A DNA stretch of 63,782 nt, counting the filler, from Cercozoa sp. M6MM (Eukaryota > Protista > Endomyxa: Ascetosporea), in the NCBI GenBank assembly GCA_040357565.1. It is 16 parts of 16 records of this genome, joined end to end, with 100 filler letters (N's around TTAATTAATTAA, not from the genome) between each part and the next. Parts side by side here need not be neighbours in the genome. Positions count along the whole stretch, not along the records: positions 38,386 to 39,647 come from JBDODJ010002092.1; positions 39,748 to 44,249 come from JBDODJ010001122.1; positions 44,350 to 56,856 come from JBDODJ010000377.1; 13 more parts are not named here. One strand, given 5' to 3'. The first letter of the stretch is position 1; every line of letters starts with the position of its first letter. The notes under the pieces are model-generated. The model saw only the letters and a list, made by a program, of their open reading frames with translations. It made no database searches and had not been told where the DNA came from. Below, in pieces: positions 39,571-52,700 of the stretch. A program made the position numbers and the translations under genes.

Positions 39571-39747
39571 TCGAGGGGGGGGGGGGGAAAAGGGGACACT
39601 GAGGGTGTGTGTGGGGGGGGGGGGGGGGTAAAACCACTATCGCGTCGNNNNNNNNNNNNNNNNNNNNNNNNNNNNNNNNNNNNNNNNNNNNTTAATTAAT
39701 TAANNNNNNNNNNNNNNNNNNNNNNNNNNNNNNNNNNNNNNNNNNNN

Positions 39748-39787
<40 letters not shown>

Positions 39788-39807
39788 CACACACACACAC
39801 ACACAAC

Positions 39808-40599
39808 CTGTTGAACAGACGTTCGCCACTGGACTTTGACTTGCACCGGAATGCTTTGCTGTACCTCTCTATATCTATATATATTCATGGTATATATAAT
39901 ATAAATATGTATATGGAGATGTATATCTATATATATGGGTATATATATATATATATATATATTAATGTATAGGGAAGAACTGGCGGTGGTGGGCGATGCC
40001 GACAAGTACCCGCAGTGGCAGCGACGACAGCAGCAGCTGAGGTAGTACTCTGTCCCTACCCGTCCATTCTTCTACCCTCTACCATCTACCCCTCTACTCT
40101 CTCCCCTCGATCCTCTACCCGGCCCCTTTGCAGTGGCGAAGGCACGGAGCACCCGCTGAGCGACGACGCGAGCAAGTTCGACTCGAGTGCGCCGCCGGCC
40201 TACCCAACTCCGCCGCAGCAGCAGTCGGTCGACACCTTTGATATGCTCGGCATTGGACCCGTACAGCACCGTCCTACTGTGTATCACTTGATTTGAAGGG
40301 ACAGGCACACCGGCACTGTTGCACACAGGCACCGGCGGCATCGGAACCAGCAGCGTCGGAACAGGTGGCGCGTGTGTCGCCCGAGATCCGTCAGCCCGCC
40401 TTCGACCCGGTACTTTTGATCATGTCTGACTCTGTGTGCATGTGCATGTGTCTGTGTCTGTGTGCGTGTGTGTGCGATGTGACTTCAGTTGTCGAACGAC
40501 AATGACGACGACTTTGACTTCAACCCGCGCTCGGCCACGTCGCCGCCCGGCGCTGCTGCCGACGACTTTTTCGACGACTTCAATCCGCGCGGATCCTAG
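39808..40599 (+). CDS. 3' end of a probable clathrin/endocytic adaptor
   Basis: C-terminus DDDFDFNPRS...DDFFDDFNPRGS*, resembling the DFxPR motifs of epsin-related and ANTH adaptors. Confidence 0.4.
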
Positions 40600-43598
40600 C
40601 GTCAGTTAAAACTACTGCTCATGCTGTTACTGACGGTTGTCAGTGAAAAGAACTAAATAAAAGAAGTAAGTCGTCAATTAGACGAAGCGAGGAAATCAAA
40701 TGATTTAGTTTGAAGAAGCGAAGTGAAGAATTACCCCAACTGGGTTCTTACGTCAAACTAGACGGAGTTGTAGACGGAAACTTCCGTCACGGGGAAAATC
40801 GTGAGAAGATTTAACAAGAAAACCCCTTCTCTCTACAGCAGCCAATGCTTACTTGTAGAGGTGGATATCAGTACAAACTGCAGAGCAACTGACCAGCTGA
40901 TGCCAAGTAGATGAGGTTTTCTCTTTGCCAACTGGCAGGCTCAATCTACAGGACAGGCTTTCAGACAGGTCCAGTCACAGCTCTATGGGCAGTAGTACCG
41001 TAGAGCCACAAACTCTTAACTCTTTTCTCTCTCTTTTGCTTCAATGATGGGAGACCAACTGGTCTGTCTGGGTTTATCCCCGCGGAGACTGCATAATCTG
41101 AGTCAGCCTGTAACATGCTGACCTTATACTGTACTCGACTGTACTCGACTCCAATTTAGTCCTGGGTTGTGCGTACAAGTATCGATGAAACGAAATAATT
41201 TATTCACTCTGCCCGTGTCGATGTACAATATCGAGATGACACACAAACCGTGCAAAGATGGCGCGAGTGCCAAAGTTTCTGATGAAGCAAAAACGAATCA
41301 CAAGAGCAACAGGGCTGGAATCTGTGGAAAGTGGTCGTGTGACCCACCTCAGAGCTGACGGAACGACAGTACATGGTTGGTACATTAAACACCGTCTACA
41401 GTAGGCCAGGAGAGGAACCGCCAAAGTCCAAATTTGTGTGTCGACAAAGTAAAATGTTGGTGCGTCTTTTTATTCGCTGGTCCTGGAATCCGTAGAACGC
41501 GAATGTGGACAAAGAGCATCGAGCTTCGCTTCTTGCATTAGAACTTCAACCTAGGCCTACGAGAAGAGGCTTTGTCGAATGGATAACGCGTGATAAATGT
41601 GATACTTAGCTCTCAGAAACCAAGCAGCGAATCGATTCGAGATCTGAGGCCTATTTTGATCATGTCATGGGGCGATCCTGCGACCGACTTGAAACCCCTG
41701 GAGATACAGCGTTTGGTTGAAGGATACCGAGCGGACACTCCCGGTCCGACGCGCGTATTATTAAAGGTGGCTACAGGAACTATTAAAGAGAGAGAAAATG
41801 TTCGACACCCACAGACTTTCTTGCTGAAGTAACATCTAGAACGTGCAAAAACCTTAACTGCCATGGATACGGCCTTGTCTCGTGTGATAGACAAAGAGAA
41901 GCTCACAATTCCCAAATTCCTTGCAAGGCTCAACTCTTGCAGAAGTACATTCCCACTGTCATCGAACCGGAGTGAGCCGGTGGAGAGAGCGAGCTTTTTG
42001 GTGGCAACCATCACTTCGCCCCTTCAGCGACAGTGACCAAGGGAATCGGGCTGTGTCTTTGCAAAATTTGTTGCTAGGCGAACAGGCTGGTCCAAGGCGC
42101 AGGTTCAGACTCGAGAAGTGAAACCATGTCGAGGACATCGTGGAGACAAATACGACGACACTAAGCTAGTCACCAGCTGCGACCGGATCTATCGATCAGG
42201 CCTCCTGCGGTGTCGCTCTTGGTGATTTCACCACAAGAATTTGTCTACTGTGAGCTCGACGTTGGCTTCGTCCTGAGTGCACTGCAACGAACACGATAAG
42301 GGTTCCTCCAAAAAACGTTGTGCTGCCTCACTTTGTTTTGAGCCAGCTTCAGTTCTACGCAAAGGAGCAATTGCATTCACTTGCTTCGAAGCGTCCGGCA
42401 TCACCCACAATAACACTGTGCTTCCCGACAAGAACCGCAGCGATGCAGTTCTGGAACTGCCCTCGGGGAGAGTGGAATGCTTTTAGTCGAAGACCATGAA
42501 TTGGTATCTTCAAACGATACCATGCCTTCGTCAAGCAACCAAGGGCGTTTGGCAAAGTGGTAATCTATTTTTCCTGCACCAATTTCACTTTGAGTTACTA
42601 AAATGAAGCGCAGAGAAACGAACACTGTGCGCATGCTGGTGTGGTCGCAGTTGGACGATGACGGCCCAGCTATCTTATAATTCGTCCAACGACCGAGAAA
42701 CCGACGTTAGTAGCCCAGCGGTTAAAATTGATGCCTTAGGTATCGTGTATCGATACATTTTTATTTTTTGAAAACAAATGTTCGTGAACTTATTTTCATT
42801 TTCGCATCAACCTGAAATAAGTTTCCAATAAAAGTCAGTTCAGTCTACGAAGAAACCGACGATGCAGTTCCCATGGCCGTCGTCTGTTCGGCTGCCGGCC
42901 ATCAATTGGATGGGAACCTTCCCTCTTAACTTGAATGTTACAGCAACCCGACAAAAGAGAGGTGCGAAATATTTTGGCGTGTGTTCGCTGGTATCCTGAC
43001 CTACCGAGAGTTCAGCCTTGAGCAAGCTGCAGCTGAACTCAGAGACTAGGTAATTTTAACGTCTCTCCTTCTTCCTTCCTTCTTCTGATTGGAATGCCGA
43101 TTCCGCCGATTCCGTCAGAAAATCGGCGGTAATCTCCACTTCGTACCCTCATGCCGTCCTCCCATCATTCAAGTTCGGAGTTAGTTGGTTGTTTCGTCGA
43201 CTGGGCGTATGCCGCAAAACAAGCAAAAAACCAGCTTGGGTTCGCTGTGGGATGCGAGATTGGCCAGGAACACATTGAAGAACTGAACATGGCCACCATT
43301 GAAGACACATCCCTTGATTGGTATGCTCTCGGCTACTGTTTGACATCACCCGGATGTGGAGTTCATCGGGCAATGCTTCGAAGCGCCTTCTTTCCTATGT
43401 CAAAGACCCGAGATTGTGTGCCCACTTAAAAATTTGTCTGGACTCGACTGAGTTTTCTCTGTCATGGGCCAGGCTTTCTCAGATCTGAGACATAGTTTGA
43501 GATTCGTATAGGGCACTGTACGCCGAGGCACGACGCCATTTTACTGTAGGCATTCTTGATTTGACCAAAAATATAATGTCAAGTTCAGTCGGGCTGGA

Positions 43599-44177
43599 CT
43601 AACTGGCATCGTAGTCACCCAGAGCCGAGTCTGTGTGCTCAGCGTCGAAGCGAAAGTCGTCAGGCAGCGCGTGCAGCCAGCCGCGCCGTCGCACGTGCCG
43701 CACGAGCGTCGACAGGCAGAGGTCGCTGCGAGCGGCCACGGTGTCGGCGTCGCCCACGATGACGAGCTTGCACTTGGCGCGTGTGAGGGCCACGTTGATG
43801 CGTCGCGTGTCCGTGAGCAGTCGTGTCACGCGGCCGGCCGTGTTGGAGGACACCAGGGACAGCACAATGACGTCCTTGTCCTGGCCTTGGTAGCGATCCA
43901 CCGTGCTAAGAGCGACCTGTTGCTGCTGTGACTGTTGGTGTTGTCGGTCAGTGTCAGTGTCAGTCTCAATGTCGGTGTCAGTGTCGGTCTCAGTTTCTGT
44001 GCTGCTGCAGTGGTGTCGTAGTGACTCGCGAATCAGCGGCAGCTGCGCACGCAGCGGTGCCACAATGCCTATAGCAACCAGACGTATACCCCCTCTACCC
44101 CTCACAGTGGAAAGGCAAGTACCGATACGCGAGGCAGGCACTCCACGTCGCAAGAATTCGCTGACAAAAAGTGCAAC
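43599..44177 (-). CDS. DNA2: DNA2 nuclease/helicase C-terminal SF1 helicase domain (5'-partial)
   Basis: IGIVAPLRAQ, STVDRYQGQDKDVIVLSLV and LLTDTRRINVALTRAKCKLVIVG. Confidence 0.8.
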   Translation of the reverse strand, partial: VALFVSEFLRRGVPASRIGTCLSTVRGRGGIRLVAIGIVAPLRAQLPLIRESLRHHCSSTETETDTDTDIETDTDTDRQHQQSQQQQVALSTVDRYQGQDKDVIVLSLVSSNTAGRVTRLLTDTRRINVALTRAKCKLVIVGDADTVAARSDLCLSTLVRHVRRRGWLHALPDDFRFDAEHTDSALGDYDAS

Positions 44178-44197
44178 CTGTAGCAGACACAACTCAT

Positions 44198-44249
<52 letters not shown>

Positions 44250-44350
44250 NNNNNNNNNNNNNNNNNNNNNNNNNNNNNNNNNNNNNNNNNNNNTTAATTA
44301 ATTAANNNNNNNNNNNNNNNNNNNNNNNNNNNNNNNNNNNNNNNNNNNNA

Positions 44351-44419
<69 letters not shown>

Positions 44420-44859
44420 TGTGTGTGTGTGTATGTGTGTGTACTTACTATCTGCCGTGATACACGTCCACTGTATCGTACTGTAGAAAGCTACGTTTGT
44501 GTTTTGTGCTTGCTGTGCCGCGTGCTGCAGCCACCATGATGACGTAGATTTATCGATCGTCGCCGTCGACATCAGTCTGCCAATGTGTGAACGTTGACGC
44601 GTAGAGTCGCTGGACGCCAACTAGGAGTGAGACAACTGCAGGGCGAACGTTGGCGCTAAGGGAGTCTGCGTGGACGTGTAGTGTCTTGGTTGTTCTCCCG
44701 GGAAGTATAAGTTTAGTTGTCTCTGTTGGATCGTCAGGAACCGCGCATCAGTGCCAGGTCCCGCGACACCGTGGCCAACCGACGCTGCGTTCCAGTCGCG
44801 CTCATCCGGTGCATGGAATGCGTTGATCGAGCAGTCGCTGAGGTTGCCAAGCGGCCGAT

Positions 44860-45864
44860 GGGATTCGACTTCTAGGATACGCAATTGCCGGTACGGTCGT
44901 TGTGAAATATGTCTCGAGAAGGAATTTCCGACTCAGGCTGGACGTGGTATTGGTCGGGTGCCTGTGTCAACAGAGATATTGGCACCCATCACCGTATCTG
45001 CAGAGCCTCGGCGACTGGCCCTCCGATGACGACGGTCGCGCCACGTCGCTGCGGTGACCGAGGTTAACATATCATGTCGCTACCGTATTGCACACTCCGT
45101 CTCGTCTGCTGCTGTATCGGCGCAAAGAAAGTTGAGTGACACCGATAGCGACACAGACGAGGGCCGTTCGGATTGCGAAGATTCGTGTGTTAGTTGGGTC
45201 ATCTAGGCCACCGATACTGCAGCTCCCCTTTAAGACTCACGATGCGTCAGGAGTTGAGTATGGAATGTAGTGACTACAACGTTGTTACAGTGTGCTCTCG
45301 GTGTCTCCCTGGCACCAGTGGATGGTGTCGAGCACAGTAAATAACTTCGTAGCATGTGCGTTTGCATTGGGTGACACGTCAACGGAGCACGATCAGCCAG
45401 ACGCCAGGCACCTGCGCAGTAAGTACGAGAGAATCGAAGCACAGTCAAGCGAGGTAGCTGTGCTGCGAACGCAGATCGGCTGTGATAATTTGGATGGAAC
45501 GAGCAGGCCGAAGGACAACCAGCCTCCCAGCAGGCACTGGACCGAGAGGTCCCCGACATAGGCTAGGCCACCACTCACAGCAGTGGTGGCCCTAAGTCTA
45601 TGTACGTTTGTTTGTTGTTTAGGTATCGAGTTTAGAGACGGGAGGAGGACGACGGGACGTCCCGACGCGGCCTGCGACGCCTCTCTACTTGTAGCCCGCT
45701 ACCTGCACCAACCATGAAGTCGACTTCGGTGTCTGGGGAACGTCAAAAGGGGAGTTGTATGGTCCTACCCTAAGCGGGCGGTAGACACGGCCATGCTCTT
45801 GTGACGCACCCCAGACAGGTGCAGGGGAACTACATAGTTGGTTAGAAGACTCAACTAACTAACT
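44860..45864 (+). mobile_element. Decayed non-LTR retroelement remnant with structured 3' UTR and (AACT)n tail
   Basis: Degenerate CEICLEKEFPTQAGRG (like an R2-type N-terminal Zn finger), broken ORFs, nested inverted repeats, a tandem tail, and a TSD-flanked copy of its 3' end at 39065. No RT domain is visible. Confidence 0.5.
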
Positions 45865-46000
45865 ACGTTGCTTCATACTATATTCGTCAACTTGCAAGTT
45901 CACACAACATTCTTCAACTAAACCGAAACGGAAAACTGGCCGTCTCGGGAATCGTACTGCAGTCCCAGACGGTGCTGCGCTTTTGAGACGAAGTCGAGTT

Positions 46001-47140
46001 TTAACGAGCGCTATCGTATGCTCCTGTATCTTCGAATGAAACGTGCGGCTTCATCCACCTGTAGTTCCGTCCGAGCCCGGAAGCTGCTCGGTTCGATCTT
46101 CCATGCTCTGTGTGCGGCGACTTTTCCAGCGACGGCATGCGTGACGCGGAGTCGGAGTGCCGTAGAGAAATGTTGATGGCGTTGTTCTGGCAGATCACTT
46201 GAAGGTTGCCTCGCGTGTCGCACTTGGGACAGTTTCGGCACGGCGCGAATGACACCTCGAGTTTGGTAGCGATCCCGGGTGCAACCCATCCACTCGTTGT
46301 GGTCGACTGCCGAATCGGAGAGACAGAGTAGTGCTTGTTCAACGGTGGCATGATGGCGAACCTCCGTGGTCGGAAGTCTGAGTCATCTTCAACGTTGTGG
46401 CACTAGTTAACGTATTGAGGGTAACATACCACAGTTCAGGAGTGTGAAAGTCACGGGCGAACACTGTTCGTCAAATACAATCTCGGAGACGCTTGCTTGA
46501 AACTGCGGCTTCTCTTGATCGCTTTCGTTCTCTCCTTGATCGACTGAAGCGGGTACGATGCGCCTCCGACTGTCAAACTTTTTGTTTCGCAAAAAGATGT
46601 GGTGTCGCTGCATGTGAGCGAGGTCTTTTTCGCGCGTGGTCACTTTCTCCTGTCGGATGTACTCCTCGACAGAACTGCGCTCAGCGCCCAAGGTCGCAAA
46701 GACCTTGCCATCAGAGAACGGAGAGAAACTAGGCTGTGGCGTCTGGGCTTTGCCGCCTCGGATCTTTGCCAGTTTCGCCAAATACTGTCGATGCTGCTTT
46801 CGTTGAGCGGAACGCTGCCTTGCTCGTTCTTGCTGCTTTTGTGCGTCCCGGATTCGCAGCTGTTTCGTCTTTTTTCGGTGTTTAGTCATCAGATCGGCCG
46901 TAATAGGAGTCACACCCTTGGTTTTTGCCGTTTGTGCGAGTCGACGTGACGTGAGTGGTCTCTTCACCGGCAAAGGCAACGTCGGCGACCGCACCTTTGT
47001 GATTCTGCGCTGCAAACAGGGAGCGTGAAGAAAGCAAGTCGGGACTAGGAAGTTAGAAAGCAGTGTACCACACGAGCTTGTTCCGACAGAATCGCAGTCT
47101 TGGCGAAAGTCAACACCTGATGCTTCGCGCCAGTTTCCCC
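46001..47140 (-). CDS. ASH/Ig-like domain protein resembling the DLEC1 (CFAP81) N-terminal region
   Basis: IFLRNKKF...FQASVSEIVF...FTLLN...RRFAIMPP..KHYSV...SGWVAPGIATKLEVSFAP. Confidence 0.45.
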
Positions 47141-47544
47141 ATTTGAGTCATTCTCGTACAGTGGTGCAAAGTTTGAGCGAAAAATCGCGCCTAGCATTTC
47201 TGTGCCTCAGGACGTTTGCGGCACTGATACGATTTGCTGCATAGGTCTGTGTTCCTGAGGGACAAGCCTGGTCCCGGGAAACCTTTCAATTTCACAAAAC
47301 GATCGACCATCCAGAGAAACGCATCCTTGCAATCTGCAAGTGGGCTGCGACTTAAGAGGTTCGGGTCACTGATAATGCACACTGTAATACTGTATGCAAA
47401 AACAACACCGATAAAGCATAGCAGCAGTCCGAAGCAGCATCTGGCGATGATTCTGGTAGACGCTGGATTAGATTTATTTTGCCGATCGCGCAGCCCCGCA
47501 GACGGCAAGCGCGTGCGTGAGGTGTTACTTTGTTGTGTGTGCGG

Positions 47545-48160
47545 ATGGAGGCACCGCTGCAGGGCGTGCGGCCGAGTGTAGATGACCGCAAGGTAATATT
47601 TTCGGTGCAAAAACTCTCTGTTCGTTCGACCTTAGTCTGTCTTGTTTGATTCCAGGTCGAAGGCGAGGAGAGGGAAGAGACCAAACAAGAGCCCAACGAA
47701 GAGCCCAGTGAAAGCTTATGGGCACGCTTCATGCGATGGTGGCGGCACGAGAAGAGCCTGCTTTGGCAGCTCTCGAAGAAGAACCTGTCGCTCGGCGTGG
47801 CCTACACGGCGCTCGTGCCGTGGATGAGCGCTTACTGGATGTCGTCGTCGCGCAGCTTCCGTGCCATGGGCCGCTCACTGCTGACGCGCGCTCTGAGCAC
47901 GGCGGCGGCACCGTCGGCGGCACTGGCCTGGAGTACCGCCACCAGTGGCACCAAGCCCTTCTTCCAGGCACTGCTGGCCGGCACCGGTATGCTCGTCGGC
48001 ACCTACATGCTCTCGGCCGCCGCCAACGCGCTCAACCAGCTCATCGAGTGCGAGCACGACGCGCAGATGCGACGCACGCGCGAGCGACTGCTCGTGCCGC
48101 GCGACAACGGCGAGCGCCCGCTCTCGCGCACCGGTACTTTAAATATCTATACCTATATAG

Positions 48161-48206
<46 letters not shown>

Positions 48207-49040
48207 TATAGCTAATTGTCTCGTTTCAACTTTAAGCTATAATGACTTGTATGTTTGTACATATATATATATATATATATATATGTAGATTTATACTGAA
48301 AAATGTCTGTATATATCGATACAGGTTTGTGTGTATGGCGCACTATGCCTTGTGTAACTAAGCTATGTGTATCTCCTATGTGTATCTATGCTATGTGTAT
48401 CTGCTATGTGTATCTATGCTATGTATAACTACGCTAGTGTAACTATGCTATGTGTAACTATGCTATGCGTATCTATGCTATGTGTAACTATCTATGTATA
48501 TTGTACAGGTGCACTTGCGAGAGCGGCAGCGTACGGAGTGATCGGCGTGGCATCGGAGGCACTGGTGCACGTGGCCTTCCCGAACATGTACGCGCTGTGG
48601 CCGCTGCTACTGGGCGTGGTGAACGTGGGCACCTACGCCGCGTTGTACACGTGGATGAAGCGACACACGCGGTGGAACACGGAGATCGGCAGTATCACGG
48701 GCGCCATACCGACCAGTATCGGTCTGGCCGCTGCACTGGCGGACCCGTCGGTGCGAGGCGTGCGCGTGCCGGGAGTTGTGGGCGGCACCACGGCGCCGCA
48801 GAGCTGCTGGTGCTTGGCGCCGTGGTTTCTCTGGCTGTACGCCTGGCAGTTCTCGCACTTTGCCAACATCGACTGGAAGAGACGCCATGAGTACGAGCAC
48901 GCCGGCTTTCACATGCACTCGCTCAAGTCGTCGAGTGCAGTCGCGCGACGCGCTTTCTTCGGCTCGCTCGCCATGCTCGGCATCGACGTTGCCATGTGCC
49001 TTTGTTTTTTTAAGCATGTGCTTTCACTCACACACACACA

Positions 49041-49129
<89 letters not shown>

Positions 49130-49139
49130 NNNNNNNNNN

Positions 49140-49188
<49 letters not shown>

Positions 49189-49507
49189 TGCTTATCCTCT
49201 TATTGACACTGCTGTGTGGCATGATAGGTTCGTGGCTGACATGAGGTGGGCGCCCGAGTGGCTGCGAATGCTCGCGTGTGCGCCCTGGGCCTTCTGGGTC
49301 GCGCCGATCATCAACTCGGGCATCGTCACCTACCGCTCTTACAAATTCTGGCAGAAGACCGACGCCGAACGGCGACGACAGCCACAAATCTTCAGCTTTG
49401 CCACACAGGGCTGCTCGATTCTGCCGTTCCCGCCAGCCTTCTGGGAGTTCATGCCCAAGAAACAAGCGTCTGACGGCGCTGACATGTCTCCTGACGCAGC
49501 TGTCTAA
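47545..49507 (+). CDS. COX10: Protoheme IX farnesyltransferase (heme O synthase)
   Basis: AANALNQLIECEHDAQMRRTRER, YTWMKRHTRWNTEIGSITGAIP and WQFSHF...EYEHAGFHM. Confidence 0.92.
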
Positions 49508-49786
49508 AATTATCGTCAGACCAACGACAGCCAAGCTTTGTTTCTTTGGCTTCCGTTCGCTTCATGTCAGTTTTCTTTCAATTTCAGTCGACGATCGACG
49601 AAGTTCCGTCGCGTACCGCGCTCTCGCTGATGGGCTGAAAAAGCTAACGTAAGTTGCGCGAAGCGTTTCTTCCTTGAAAAATACGGTGCAGTCAGTCTGT
49701 GAAAGTCGTCGAGTGAATTAAGGCGTGGCGTAGGTTTAGCTCGCTAAAGCTGTGGAAATAGAAGGCTTGAGCACGTCGCCCGACGG

Positions 49787-52700
49787 ATGAAAGGCGTACT
49801 TCTCAAGCGCTCGCGCCAAGGACCGCTCTCGCGATGGCAAGAAAGGTACCTTTAATCAAGGGCAGTGTACGTTCACTGCTCAATAGGTACTTTACCTGCT
49901 AGTGTTTTAGGATTTTCGTACTCGAGGGCACGACTTTCAAGTACAAGAAGAGCGAGAATGACTCCTTCACGACTCTCGATTTGAGGGATCTCGAGGCACC
50001 ACTAAAATCTGAAGACGATACCCTCGAAATCGCGCTTCGCTTTACAACGCGAAGTGTGCTAAGAGTCAGAGCAAAGACCGGGAATGACTTTGCCGCGTGG
50101 AAGCGCAATTTGCTGCACGTCTCCGACGGAATTGAGCTGATGCGAAGCAAAATCGTGCGCCAGGAGATGGCGGCTACGACTCCCGAAGAAAGAAAGTCTC
50201 TTGCATCCAAGATTGCTCGCTGTGGGCACCACGCAGTACTCGCTGTTCCTCCGTACTTGGTGGCCCCCGTTGAAGCACTCGCGGACACTTTGGTGGAAAC
50301 TGGACTCTCAGCCAGAACAGAAGGCATCTTTCGTACATGCGGGAGTTCAAGTGTTGTTGACAAGCTCGTGAAGGCAGTCTTCTTTGCCAGCGATCCGGTG
50401 AAGCTTGCACACGACATTGTGTCGGGAGAGTGGTTCTCCAACGTTGAGTACGGTGTTGAAGAGGCGGCGCTGTATGCCTCTGCTCTCAAGCAAATCATTC
50501 GATCACTGCCAGAAACCGTGTTCACGCGTCCGCTGGTGAGCGAGTTTTTGCAACTGGGAAGCCCCACTCCTTCTCGCTCGACGTGCTTTAGAATTCGCTC
50601 GCTGCTCGCAAAGATACCTCAAACCAATCGGCGTGTATTGGTGCGAGCTGCACTGCTATGCTTGGATATCACTGACAACTTCGAACAGACCAAGATGGAC
50701 GCGAAGAATCTCGGTGTCTGTCTCGGAGCTGCTCTGCTGACCAGTTTCTCGGACTCGGATGAGCGAGCCTCCAATGTCAACTCGCTGAACATGGACGGAA
50801 TCCAAGACATGATTTGTCACTTGTGTGCGTTTGGACGATTGCTCGGAGATGCAAACAAGAAATCCTTCGCAGACGCTCTCGACGATTATCTGCCATTTGA
50901 GGAAACAGGAGAAATCGTCGATGCTCTCCTTTTGGAAGACGACAAGCTCTTCTCACTTGCGCTCAGCCAGGGTCTCAGTGTCGCCCTCGAGTCTCCTGAG
51001 CTTGCGTTGACCGTTCCCGAAAAGACGCCATCAACGGATGAAGAGAAACAAACAAAACAGGCGAACTTGGTCTTGATAGCCACAACCCAGTCTGTCGAGG
51101 AGGAAGCCCAGCTAAAAAGTGCCGAAGAACCCAAGGCCGAGAGTAAGGAAGCGGCTGTTGCCAACGTAGAGCCTGAGGTGGCAGTGACCGATGAAACTGC
51201 AGAACACGAAAAGCGACGAGGAAGCGTCATATCGCGGGCCTTGCGGCGCTTGAGTTCCTTTAGCTTCAAAAGCAAGTCAGAAACATCAGACGTTGCTGAT
51301 CACGAAATTCCACGACCAAAAAACGACGAAGACACTGTGTACACGGTTAATGAAGAGATTGTCCAATCGGAGCACTTGTATGCTGCAAATGAAACCCCTC
51401 GTGCCAACGTTGAAGCCGAAGCCGAAGCTCCGACTCCCAAGGAGTCAGCGGCAGTTGAAATGAATCAACCGGCACCTTCCCCAAAAGACACGACGAATCA
51501 AGAGATGCCAAGCTCGGTCCAGGTTGATCACCTTCGAATATCGCCACAAGTGGCACGAAGGTACTCGGTGCCAGTTTCGTCGGAGCGAGACAAAGCTGAG
51601 GCGACAGTGGCCGTGCTTGTGGAACCGGAAGCTACGGTTGCATCGTTCGTGACTGTTCCTACAAGAGCTCCCAAAACGACCGAAAAACAACCAGCACAGC
51701 CGTTGCTTTCGGTCATTGCAGAAAAACCAAGGGCCAGCTTGAGGTCCGCAGCGTCGATGGCCAGTACGGTGAAGCTGCAAGCAGAGAGTTTAAAGCGTGT
51801 TTCAACAAGCTCGGAGCGACGCGACACTGCAGATTTCCTTCAACCACGACGTTCCTCGCTCTCAGTGATCGAAGTAGAACCTGAGGCTACGTTGGCGACG
51901 CAGTCACTTAGTGCGCGTATCGCTGCTCCACACGCATTCACGATTCGTGACGATCAACAAGAGTCAGAACCTGAGGTTGCTCAAACGAAAGTCAAAAAGG
52001 AAGAACAGAAAAAGCACAAACACAAGCGCGAGGAGTACGAAAAGGAAGAAGCCGAAGAGTCCGAGTTCGAAGTGTTCGAACAGACACCTTTGAAACAACG
52101 TCGGGTGCAAGCTGAACTTCAGTCGCAAGTTGAAGAGCTTCGTGCAAAATTGCTCGAAACACAACTTCGTGAACAAAAGCTTGAAGACTTGCTGGATTCG
52201 AGTCAAAAAGCCCTGCAGGACCACATCCGAGTCTCCGACCAACGCCGGCTCTCTGTGCAAGATGAGTACCACGGCAGGGTTGAGTACCTCCAGGCACGAT
52301 TAAAACAGACAGAGAAAACACTTACCGACACGGAGAAGCAGCAGGCGGCGCTCAAGTCAGAGCTGCACGAAGTGCAACGACTGCTTGCAGAAGAGAGAGC
52401 ACAGCGTCGGCGCGACCAAGGTCTCATTCACTCACTCCAGCAAGAGGCTGCACTGTACAAGAAACAAATCAAAGATCACTTGAAACACGAAGCTGAGTCG
52501 GAGCGAGAGAGTCGCTCGGATTTACAGGCACAAATCGAGTCACTCGAGGCAGAAAGACATGCTATTCAGGAACGCTTCCTGGTCGAGTCGAGGAGACGCG
52601 CGAAAGCGGAAAAGGATCTCGCCCGAACAAGCCGCGAACTGCTTCTGCTCAAAGAAAAGGTTAAATCGACGACGAGCGAAGAGAGGCTTGAACGCGATGT

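Noticed and set aside
41830-41832. In-frame TAA suggesting stop-codon reassignment
   Set aside because: Conserved genes show no in-frame stops and end in TAA, TAG or TGA; pseudogene decay is more likely.
43151-43429. ORF with LDWYALGYCL, faintly like NLR/LRR-proximal motifs
   Set aside because: A single short motif with no NACHT or LRR context.
45764-45773. CCTACCCTAA resembling a group II intron 3' end
   Set aside because: No domain V (AGC triad hairpin) upstream; the TSD and tandem tail fit a non-LTR element better.
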